From the NCBI GenBank assembly GCA_965648915.1, contig CBFGIV010000036.1, positions 1-22,884 on the forward strand: a DNA stretch of 22,884 nucleotides. The letters are read 5' to 3'. Source of the stretch: a candidate division WOR-3 bacterium. Its GTDB lineage: Bacteria > Hydrothermota > Tepidihabitantia > SM23-42 > CAYGYG01. Positions 8,184 through 15,528 of the stretch are shown piece by piece. Within the stretch, counting starts at the first letter, position 1; every line of letters starts with the position of its first letter. A program made the translations under genes and the position numbers. The notes below the pieces were generated by a model. It was given only the letters and a program-made list of their open reading frames with translations. It was not told the DNA's origin and made no database searches.

Positions 8184-9569
8184 CTATGTCAGGGTCCCGG
8201 GTGCATTACTCCCAGGACCCCGAATCATCCATTCCTCACATAATTTCTTATCTTCTCTCTTACCCTCTGTAAAGATCTTAAGAAAAACCTCGACCACGCC
8301 AGGGTCAAGTTGAGTCCCGGCAACCCTCTTAATCTCGGTCAGGGCTGACTCTATTGACCTTGCCTTGCGATAGGGACGGTCACTGGTCAGGGCCGAATAG
8401 GTATCAGCAACCGCAAGAATCCTTGACTGAAGCGGAATCATATCGAGTTTAATTCCATCCGGATAACCGGTCCCATCGCACCGTTCATGGTGATAAAGAA
8501 CCCATAAATATATATGCGTAAGATTTCTTATCGGCTCAATCGTCTTGGCACTATGAATTGGATGCTGTTTCATTATTTTCCACTCTTTTTCATCAAGTGT
8601 CCCGGGTTTCTGGAGAATCGATTCCGGAACCGCAATCTTTCCAACATCGTGTAAGAGCCCGGCATACCTCAGCAACTCAAGGTCATCTTCACTAAAATCC
8701 ATTCTTCGTCCGATCTCCACTGCGAGATTGGCAACGGCAAATGAATGGCCCTTTGTATAAGGATCGCGCATTTCAATCGCCTGGACCAGAGACATCACCG
8801 CCTCAATGCTTGTCTCCTTGATGCGCATAATATTCTGCCATTTTTCAATCCCGGCAGCAAGATGGTCGCAGATGGCATTGATCACCCGCAACTCGGTCCG
8901 GGTAAATCTCTTGATCTTCTGCATAAATAAAGAGATAAGCCCGATCGGTGCACCCCGAATAACGACCGGCGAAAGAATACAGGTAGCAAATCCACTTTTG
9001 AGGATGAGGCCAGCCAGCCCGAGATTGTCACTGCGATCTGAATTATAGACGATTGCTCGCCGGGTTTCAAAGACAGTTTTTAAGAAATCGATATCGTCGC
9101 TTAAAAATGCCGAATGGAAATCGTTATTTAGATTGTAATCGCTTAAGACCTGGAGTGAGTGTCCATCTTTATTGAGGAGATAGATACCCATTGCATCGGG
9201 TTGAAAAATTTCCCGCACCGCCTCTTTTATCCCATTCACCATACTCTTCTGGGTCAAACTGGTTAAGGTAATCCTCTCGATATTCTGCAATGTCTTCAGG
9301 AAGACTAAATTCTGATTGTGGGCCCTGAAGGTAAATGTAATCAGGACAACACCAAGGAGCATAATCAGACTGATAAATAATGTTATTAAATCAGGTATTA
9401 TTGCTGAATCTTTGAGGCCAACGATCCCGACTATCGACCTTCCGGTTATAAGAATAAGACCAAGGGCAATAAACTTCCAGGCAATGCTCTGCGATCGCTT
9501 AATCTGACTGAAAGCAATACCCGCAGTCAAAGATTGTATTATTATGATAATGATATCAAGTAAAAACAT
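8184..9569 (-). CDS. Membrane-anchored GAF + HD-GYP cyclic dinucleotide phosphodiesterase
   Basis: Three N-terminal hydrophobic helices, a GAF-like region (CILSPVVIRGAPIGLISL), and intact motifs RDPYTKGHS, LLHDVGK, HHERCDGTGYP, AVADTYSALTSDRPYR. Start is ATG 9569 or TTG 9590. Confidence 0.9.
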   Translation of the reverse strand: MFLLDIIIIIIQSLTAGIAFSQIKRSQSIAWKFIALGLILITGRSIVGIVGLKDSAIIPDLITLFISLIMLLGVVLITFTFRAHNQNLVFLKTLQNIERITLTSLTQKSMVNGIKEAVREIFQPDAMGIYLLNKDGHSLQVLSDYNLNNDFHSAFLSDDIDFLKTVFETRRAIVYNSDRSDNLGLAGLILKSGFATCILSPVVIRGAPIGLISLFMQKIKRFTRTELRVINAICDHLAAGIEKWQNIMRIKETSIEAVMSLVQAIEMRDPYTKGHSFAVANLAVEIGRRMDFSEDDLELLRYAGLLHDVGKIAVPESILQKPGTLDEKEWKIMKQHPIHSAKTIEPIRNLTHIYLWVLYHHERCDGTGYPDGIKLDMIPLQSRILAVADTYSALTSDRPYRKARSIESALTEIKRVAGTQLDPGVVEVFLKIFTEGKREDKKLCEEWMIRGPGSNAPGTLT

Positions 9570-9588
9570 ATTATAAATAAAATTTCTC

Positions 9589-9655
9589 AAAGGGCGGTAT
9601 TCTTTATAATAATCAAAATTTAAATTTTCAATCGATTATTATTATACCGCCCTTT
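9589..9655. promoter_or_regulatory. Nested inverted repeat enclosing a putative sigma70 promoter (TTGAAA-N17-TATAAA, minus strand, 9603-9631)
   Basis: Outer arms AAAGGGCGGTAT / ATACCGCCCTTT, inner arms ATAATAATC / GATTATTAT, central palindrome AAAATTTAAATTTT. Confidence 0.65.
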
Positions 9656-9818
9656 TCTTTTCCTCGCTGGCTTTCAGACTTTTGCTGATAACCTTCTTAA
9701 AATTCCTGCCGTTTCTGCTGAATCTGATTATGGTATGGTTCCTGTCTCTCGACTCAATCCTCAGCCTGTAATGAGTTCCATCAAGCCAGATTGTCGAAGG
9801 GACAGTGACCACACGCAT
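9642..9818 (-). CDS. Small basic hypothetical protein, 58 aa (absent from the ORF track)
   Basis: Manual translation gives MRVVTVPSTIWLDGTHYRLRIESRDRNHTIIRFSRNGRNFKKVISKSLKASEEKKRAV*. GAGGT RBS overlaps the TAG of the upstream peptide gene, and the ORF fills the gap before the HD-GYP gene. Confidence 0.65.
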   Translation of the reverse strand: MRVVTVPSTIWLDGTHYRLRIESRDRNHTIIRFSRNGRNFKKVISKSLKASEEKKRAV

Positions 9819-9827
9819 AACTAACCT

Positions 9828-10013
9828 CTATCTTGGTGAAGGCGGTGGTGGGATTGGATTATCACCACCAGTCGTATCATCGAGGACAAGGTTATGGTTT
9901 ATATCTTTTGATACTTCAGAAAAATTCTCTGCCAGCGAAAAAGCGGGAATTGACATCCCGATAAAGAAGACAAGAGATAGACAGACTATTGCGATTGTTA
10001 TAACTCTTTTCAT
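9828..10013 (-). CDS. Small secreted peptide precursor, 61 aa, with Pro-rich C-terminus
   Basis: MKRVITIAIVCLSLVFFIGMSIPAFSLA|ENFSEVSKDINHNLVLDDTTGGDNPIPPPPSPR. AAAGGAG RBS 6 nt before ATG 10013 (the ATG at 10019 is too close to the RBS). First gene after the sigma54 promoter. Confidence 0.8.
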   Translation of the reverse strand: MKRVITIAIVCLSLVFFIGMSIPAFSLAENFSEVSKDINHNLVLDDTTGGDNPIPPPPSPR

Positions 10014-10040
10014 ACTCATCTCCTTTCAGATTTATAATAA

Positions 10041-10057
10041 AGCAAAATTTATGCCAA
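10041..10057 (-). promoter_or_regulatory. Sigma54 (-24/-12) promoter TTGGCATAAATTTTGCT
   Basis: Matches TGGCAC-N5-TTGCW with exact GG-N10-GC spacing. It lies 27 nt upstream of the peptide start and just downstream of a sigma54 activator gene. Confidence 0.88.
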
Positions 10058-10108
10058 TTTATAATTCTTGATTTTTCAGCGATTGATTCTGCTTTATGAA
10101 TCGATATA

Positions 10109-10125
10109 TGCGACACTTTGTCGCA
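10109..10125. promoter_or_regulatory. Enhancer (UAS) site 1, perfect palindrome TGCGACA-CTT-TGTCGCA
   Basis: 7-3-7 palindrome (8-3-8 including flanks), about 87 bp upstream of the predicted sigma54 start. Confidence 0.8.
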
Positions 10126-10207
10126 TTAAATAAATAGTTCACCCTCCTTCAATTTTATAACCCTGATTTTACTGGCAGAAACAATGATTTTATATTCGCC
10201 ATTTATT

Positions 10208-10224
10208 TGAGACATTTTGTCGCA
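10208..10224. promoter_or_regulatory. Enhancer (UAS) site 2, TGAGACA-TTT-TGTCGCA
   Basis: One arm mismatch relative to site 1, 99 bp from it. Confidence 0.75.
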
Positions 10225-10305
10225 CCAATTTTACTATCTGCTTTTTAATACTCTATAAGTCAAAAATTTACAGCAGTTAGAATATTCCTTCGATTTTTAT
10301 ATAAA

Positions 10306-10322
10306 TGCGGTATTTTGTCGCA
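10306..10322. promoter_or_regulatory. Enhancer (UAS) site 3, TGCGGTA-TTT-TGTCGCA
   Basis: Two arm mismatches relative to site 1, 98 bp from site 2. Confidence 0.7.
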
Positions 10323-10336
10323 GTAGTTTCTGCAGA

Positions 10337-13300
10337 TTAACGAGTCTTACGAATCTTATATTCTTCAGGTCTTATATTGAATCTTCTCATTAGCCTCTGT
10401 AATGTCCTTCGATGGAGATTGAGAGCAACTGCAGTATGGCTTATATTCCCCCTGCAATCTTTCAATGTTTCAATAATTGCAGACTTTGAAATTCTTACTA
10501 TCTGCTCTTTTAACGGGAGACTCTTCTCTTCGACCCTTTTCAATACCCTCGATTCAATATCATCGACTGTAATCTCTTCACCTTTTGCAACAATTACCGC
10601 GCTGTCAATGGTATTGATCAGTTCTCTGATATTTCCTGGCCAGGGATATTTTAAAAAGAGGTCGATAACCTCTGAAGAGAACCTGAGGTATCTCTTATTC
10701 ATCTCTGAGGCTGAATTTCTCAGAAAGAACTCGGCAAGGGGAATGATATCTTCGGGTCTCTCTCTTAAAGGTGGAACATTGATAATAAATCTTGCAATCC
10801 GGTGAAAGAGGTCTTCTCTAAAACTCCTCTTTACCACCTCGCTCTCGAGGTCGACATTTGTTGCACATATTAGCCGGACATCGACCTTTCTCGGCTCATC
10901 TTCACCCAGCCGTCTGATAATCTTATCTTCGATTGCTTCGAGGAGTTTGGTTTGGATCAAAGGTGTAGCGCTGTTAATCTCATCAAGGAATATCGTTCCA
11001 CCATTTGCGGTCTCAAATGCGCCTTTCCGGTCGGTAACCGCACCGGTGAAAGAGCCTTTACGATGGCCAAACAGGGTCGATTCAAAGAGGGTCTCGGGCA
11101 GAACACCACAATTGATTGATAGGAAGAGGTTATTACGGCGCCGGCTGCGGTTGTGAATCAACCTTGCAATCACGCCTTTACCCGTTCCTGTCTCACCGGT
11201 TAAGAGGACATTGGCATTGGTCTTTGCCACTGATGTTGCTTTTTCATAACACTCCTTCATTACCTTTGAAACACCTATGATATAAGGCGTCTCTGAATCG
11301 ACTATTACCTTACCTTCAAGAACGAAATCTCTTTCCTGGAATCTTTTGAAGAAGAGTGATTTTTCGATGGTTGCCGAGATGAGACTGGAGCAGGCCATAA
11401 TAAAGTCCTTATGCTCCAAGGGGAATAGATTGGCGCTGAGTCTGCTGTCGAGATAGATTGCACCCAGCAGATCGTCCTTTGTCTTCAGAGGGGCACAGAG
11501 AATCGACCTGATGTTGTGAAGGATTACACTCTCCCGGTGCCTGAATCGGTCATCGAGAGAGGCATCGAGTGAATAGATGGGTTCAGCCATTGATACACTG
11601 TGGTCAAGGATCGATTTCGATATATCCCTTGCATCACTCAGGGTCTTGCGGTCAATATCCCTGCCCGCGCTCAATTTCAGCCTTCCATCATTCCCAATCA
11701 AAAAGAGAAGCCCCCTTTCAGCACCGGTAAGATTTATCATCAGATCAAGAATCCTGCTGGCAAAATCCTCTTCATTTATCATAACATTGACAATATCACC
11801 CAGTTGCTGAAATAGAGAGATGTATCCAACCTCAGAGATCGCTGATACTCGGTCAAGCACAGACCACAGGGCTTCGTTCACAAGACTATTGGTCTTTTCC
11901 AGTTCCTCTTTTGCTCCGATGGTCCTGAATATCTGTTCTGCGCCTTCGAGTTCCTGTCTGAGGATGGAACGGTCAATCTTAAGACCTTTCTCAAAACCTT
12001 TGAGTTTGAGATAGACTGAATCCCGGACTGCAATGGCAAGGTCAAAAGGGCAGTCAATCTTCTTAAAAAGGTCGATCGACTCTTCAATCTTTCTTATCCC
12101 TTCAGCCATCGATTCTATAAAAAATTTTGCCTTACCGGCAAGTCTCAATCCTACTCCATACTCCCTGATTCCGGGAAGAGCGGTCGCAATTGCCTTTTGA
12201 CTGTATCTTAACATCCTTTTAAAGTCATTGAGACTCTCGTAAAACTCACTGATAAGAGCATATAATCCGGGCAGTTCTTTTCTCTGTCTCAGATGTCTTG
12301 CCTGTCTCAATGCCTTTACCAAATACTCCCTTGCCTTATCAAAATCTCTCTCTCTGATATAAATCCTTGCTTGCAGGGCATAAAAATCAATCTCAGGTTC
12401 TGCTCCTGCCTCTTTTAACAATTCAGACGATTTTGAAAGACAATCCCTGGCAAGTTTGATTTCGCCTCTGAAGAATTCAATCTTACCGATGTTGTTATAA
12501 ACAATATGCATATTCTTCAAGTCACCATACTTCTCACTTAACTTAAGAGCATCTTGATTAAAATCCATTGCCTTATTCCATTCTCCGAGGTAGAAGTAGA
12601 CCTCAGCAAGATTGGTGCAGGTATTGATTAGATACTTTTCGAGATTAAGGATTTTTAGGTAGAAGAGTGCCCTTTCGAGGTAATCCTTTGCTTTATTATA
12701 GTCTGACTTTCTGAGATAAGCGACTCCAATGTTGTCCAGTATTGTCCCGAGGCTCAGGATATCTGAGATTTTTTCATAGTATTCAATCGCCTGATCATAA
12801 TATCCTATTGCCTCATCAAGGTTATTCAGTTTCAGTGCAGAATAGCCCAGGGAGTGGTAACCAAGGGCAACGCCCTGGTCATCACCAATCTTTGTATATA
12901 GATCGATCGACTCAAGGTTAAGTCTTATCGCCTCTTTTTGATTATTATCCGCCTCGGCAATCATACTCCGGTATCTTAAGATCTTGGCTGACAATCTGTA
13001 ATCCTCTTTTACCCTGCTGATTGATTCTGCTTTTTCAAGTAGATCTTTTGCCTTTCTGTTTTCGCCTAACCTGATTAAACTGAATGCCCAATCGCATAAT
13101 AACTGGCAATAATTCTCATAGTTTTCTAACTTTTCAATCCCTCTCTCTTTAAGTGCGCGCTCTACCTGCTCAAACATCTCGACTGCCTTATTATGCTCAT
13201 TCTGACGCTGGAAGAGGCAGCCAAGCCGGTCATAATAAGTAATGAGATAAAACTGCGGGTCTTTAACTTCATCTTGAAGTCGATCAATGACCTCGAAGAT

Positions 13301-15424
13301 CTGCTCACAGTGGAAACGCGCCCGGTCGTAATCGCCGAGATTGAAGAGTTCGATGTCACAGACTTTGATCAAAAGTTCAAGCCTCTCTTCAGGTTTTACT
13401 CCTTCGGGAATTAACCCGAGGGCGTCGCTCAAATATTGGCGGGCAGAGACAAAGTCCTTATCAGTCAGCGCCTTCTCCCCTGCCCGTTTGCAATAATGGT
13501 ATGCCTTATCCTTGATCCCGGCGGATTTAAAGTGTCGGGCCAGAGCAGAGAGATTCTCCTGAACCGGCAGGAATTCTTCAATCTTTTCACCGATTATCTT
13601 ATGGAGGTGCTCCTTTTCAACAACACCAATTTGAGATTCAACAATATCACTGACAATCTTGTTGGCAATCGTATATGTGGAGTCAGGGCCCGGTCTGAGG
13701 ATACCGGCTATTTTGAGCTGGTGCAGGGCAGTAAAGAACCGTTCATCTGTAAAGTCAGTAATGGCTTCAGCAAAAAGAATCTGAAGAAACTGGAGCGAGG
13801 TTGAACCTTTAATAACGGAAAGTATCTTCAAGATTGTCTTTTCATCTTCTTTCAGTCTATTAATCATCGGTTCAAGGAGATGGTGAATACCCTCGGGGAT
13901 CGGGATTTCGCGCACCCGGCTGATATCATCAACTGTAATCAGATTCTTAAGGATTTCAATCAGGATAAGGGGGACTCCTGAGGACCTTTCAAAGATCAGG
14001 TCGATCAGATTTTCTTCACATCTTTTAAGGACAAGATTGACCAGTTTTGAAGTCTCAGTTCGATTTAACGGTGGTATCACAATGAACTGCAGGTCCTGAA
14101 GCACTTCAGGCATTATATTTGTGGCACCAACAATCTTCAGGTTCAGTCTCAGACTGTTAAGGGCGAGGTAACGGAAGAGTCCCAGATCGAATTCGTTAAG
14201 GAGATCAAGGTCATCAATGATTAAGATCTGGGGAAACTTCTTCTGGTCGGCCGCTTCGACTATTCTGTGTGTCAGTTCCTCATAGACAGAGAATCGGTTA
14301 ATGATATTTTCAGCGGGTATGAAATTGAGAAGGCCGGCCAGGGTCTCAAACAGAGAACGGCCTGACTCACCACTGAAGAAGAGAATTCGTCGACCTTCAA
14401 CCTGAGCGAGGAACTTGAATTCGAAAAGGAGACGAGATTTGCCGATCCCGATGTCACCTTTTAAGATGAGAACATTGTCAGCCGGCGTTGAAGAAGGATG
14501 GGTGATAATCGATCTGAACCGTTCGAGAATCTCAGAGCGTCCAACAAAGGGAATGGTCTGGGGGTTAAAATCCATAACTTTAGCCGATTCAAACTTCTTG
14601 AATTCCAGTCGATCAGAAACTTTTATAATTCGACCCAGAGATTTAATCACTTCATCTGCTCCAGCCGGACGGAAGTAAGGGTCGAGCGCCAGCAGGCGGA
14701 GAACCAACTCATCAATCTCTCTGGGTATTTTAGGATTAAAGAAAGAAGGTGCCTGGAGCAGGGCGGAAAATTGATACTTAAATGCGGCAAAAGGACTTTC
14801 GGGCCTGCCTTCAATAAAGAAAGGATTTTTCGCGGTTAGAATTTCGTAAAAGATGACACCAAAAGAGTAGAGGTCGGTCCTGGGGCTGGGAGGAATCCCT
14901 TTAATAACTTCGGGTGCAATGTAACCGATACTTCCTCCGGGAATTGCTTCGGCCGCGTGGACCTCTTCGGCAAAACCGAGATCGAGGATCTTTATATCTT
15001 GCTCTGTTTTGCGGTAGATGATATTTTCCGGTTTGAGGTCATGGTGGACGAGTTGCTGGTGGTGTAAATAGTGAAGCGCATCGAGGATCTGGAGAATCGC
15101 CTCAATCACTTCCTGAGAATAGCCACGCAGGACACTGGTTATCGGAACTCCATCAACCAATTCCTCAATGATAAAAAAGGAACCTTCATACATCCCGGCA
15201 CCATAGGCCCGAACAATATTTGGATGGTGCAACCTGTGTAAAAAGAAGAACTCCCGCTTGAGCCTTTGATTGATCTCTATAGATTGGGGGTTGAGATTTA
15301 TCTTTAAGGCATATACCTGTTTGGTTTCGTAATCTCGAACTTTGAAAATCCCAACTGTTGAGGTCTGCTGAATCGTCTCTAAGACTTCGTATCGTTCAGC
15401 AACAAGATCACCCTTATTAAGCAT
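10337..15424 (-). CDS. Sigma54-dependent activator fused to Ser/Thr kinase, STAND-type AAA ATPase, TPR array and GAF domain
   Basis: Kinase (YALK, HHDLKPEN, DLG, GSIGYIAPE); FVGR, Walker A GDIGIGKS, Walker B LIIDD; long TPR-like helical repeats; GAF (GAERGLLFL, RSILCAPL, GAIYLD); bEBP AAA+ (GETGTGKG, ESTLFGHRKGSFTGA, FLDEI, WPGNIREL); Fis-type HTH (GNISHTAVALNLHRRTLQR). Confidence 0.93.
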   Translation of the reverse strand: MLNKGDLVAERYEVLETIQQTSTVGIFKVRDYETKQVYALKINLNPQSIEINQRLKREFFFLHRLHHPNIVRAYGAGMYEGSFFIIEELVDGVPITSVLRGYSQEVIEAILQILDALHYLHHQQLVHHDLKPENIIYRKTEQDIKILDLGFAEEVHAAEAIPGGSIGYIAPEVIKGIPPSPRTDLYSFGVIFYEILTAKNPFFIEGRPESPFAAFKYQFSALLQAPSFFNPKIPREIDELVLRLLALDPYFRPAGADEVIKSLGRIIKVSDRLEFKKFESAKVMDFNPQTIPFVGRSEILERFRSIITHPSSTPADNVLILKGDIGIGKSRLLFEFKFLAQVEGRRILFFSGESGRSLFETLAGLLNFIPAENIINRFSVYEELTHRIVEAADQKKFPQILIIDDLDLLNEFDLGLFRYLALNSLRLNLKIVGATNIMPEVLQDLQFIVIPPLNRTETSKLVNLVLKRCEENLIDLIFERSSGVPLILIEILKNLITVDDISRVREIPIPEGIHHLLEPMINRLKEDEKTILKILSVIKGSTSLQFLQILFAEAITDFTDERFFTALHQLKIAGILRPGPDSTYTIANKIVSDIVESQIGVVEKEHLHKIIGEKIEEFLPVQENLSALARHFKSAGIKDKAYHYCKRAGEKALTDKDFVSARQYLSDALGLIPEGVKPEERLELLIKVCDIELFNLGDYDRARFHCEQIFEVIDRLQDEVKDPQFYLITYYDRLGCLFQRQNEHNKAVEMFEQVERALKERGIEKLENYENYCQLLCDWAFSLIRLGENRKAKDLLEKAESISRVKEDYRLSAKILRYRSMIAEADNNQKEAIRLNLESIDLYTKIGDDQGVALGYHSLGYSALKLNNLDEAIGYYDQAIEYYEKISDILSLGTILDNIGVAYLRKSDYNKAKDYLERALFYLKILNLEKYLINTCTNLAEVYFYLGEWNKAMDFNQDALKLSEKYGDLKNMHIVYNNIGKIEFFRGEIKLARDCLSKSSELLKEAGAEPEIDFYALQARIYIRERDFDKAREYLVKALRQARHLRQRKELPGLYALISEFYESLNDFKRMLRYSQKAIATALPGIREYGVGLRLAGKAKFFIESMAEGIRKIEESIDLFKKIDCPFDLAIAVRDSVYLKLKGFEKGLKIDRSILRQELEGAEQIFRTIGAKEELEKTNSLVNEALWSVLDRVSAISEVGYISLFQQLGDIVNVMINEEDFASRILDLMINLTGAERGLLFLIGNDGRLKLSAGRDIDRKTLSDARDISKSILDHSVSMAEPIYSLDASLDDRFRHRESVILHNIRSILCAPLKTKDDLLGAIYLDSRLSANLFPLEHKDFIMACSSLISATIEKSLFFKRFQERDFVLEGKVIVDSETPYIIGVSKVMKECYEKATSVAKTNANVLLTGETGTGKGVIARLIHNRSRRRNNLFLSINCGVLPETLFESTLFGHRKGSFTGAVTDRKGAFETANGGTIFLDEINSATPLIQTKLLEAIEDKIIRRLGEDEPRKVDVRLICATNVDLESEVVKRSFREDLFHRIARFIINVPPLRERPEDIIPLAEFFLRNSASEMNKRYLRFSSEVIDLFLKYPWPGNIRELINTIDSAVIVAKGEEITVDDIESRVLKRVEEKSLPLKEQIVRISKSAIIETLKDCRGNISHTAVALNLHRRTLQRLMRRFNIRPEEYKIRKTR

Positions 15425-15430
15425 CAGTCG

Positions 15431-15459
15431 ATTATAAATTAAAAAGGTTCATAAGTCAA
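15431..15459 (-). promoter_or_regulatory. Sigma70 promoter TTGACT-N17-TATAAT, probably leaderless transcript of the activator
   Basis: The -10 ends 6 nt before ATG 15424 and there is no SD. Confidence 0.75.
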
Positions 15460-15494
15460 GAAGATGGTTTTATGGCAAACCCCTTCTCTTATTA

Positions 15495-15522
15495 TTGACA
15501 AAATGATTTTTTTAAGGAAAAT
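15495..15522 (+). promoter_or_regulatory. Putative sigma70 promoter TTGACA-N16-GAAAAT for pcm-lysC
   Basis: Consensus -35. Weak -10 ending 6 nt before ATG 15529. Confidence 0.5.
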
Positions 15523-15528
15523 AGAAAT

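Noticed and set aside
10061..10073. IHF-like site AATCAAGAATTAT (minus strand) between the enhancer and the sigma54 promoter
   Set aside because: Position is plausible, but the match to WATCAANNNNTTR is imperfect in very AT-rich DNA.
9805..10116. ORF-track entries 9805..10071 (+) and 9916..10116 (-)
   Set aside because: They overlap the better-supported peptide gene and its promoter, and have no RBS or recognisable features.
10173..10189. TGGCAGAAACAATGAT as a plus-strand sigma54 promoter (also TGGCAAAC near 15473)
   Set aside because: No GC at the -12 position.
10337..15424. Avs-type antiphage STAND defence protein
   Set aside because: The output domain is a sigma54 activator with a cognate promoter, not a nuclease or other toxic effector, and there is no defence-island context. 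Sensing of a foreign protein by the TPR array cannot be excluded.
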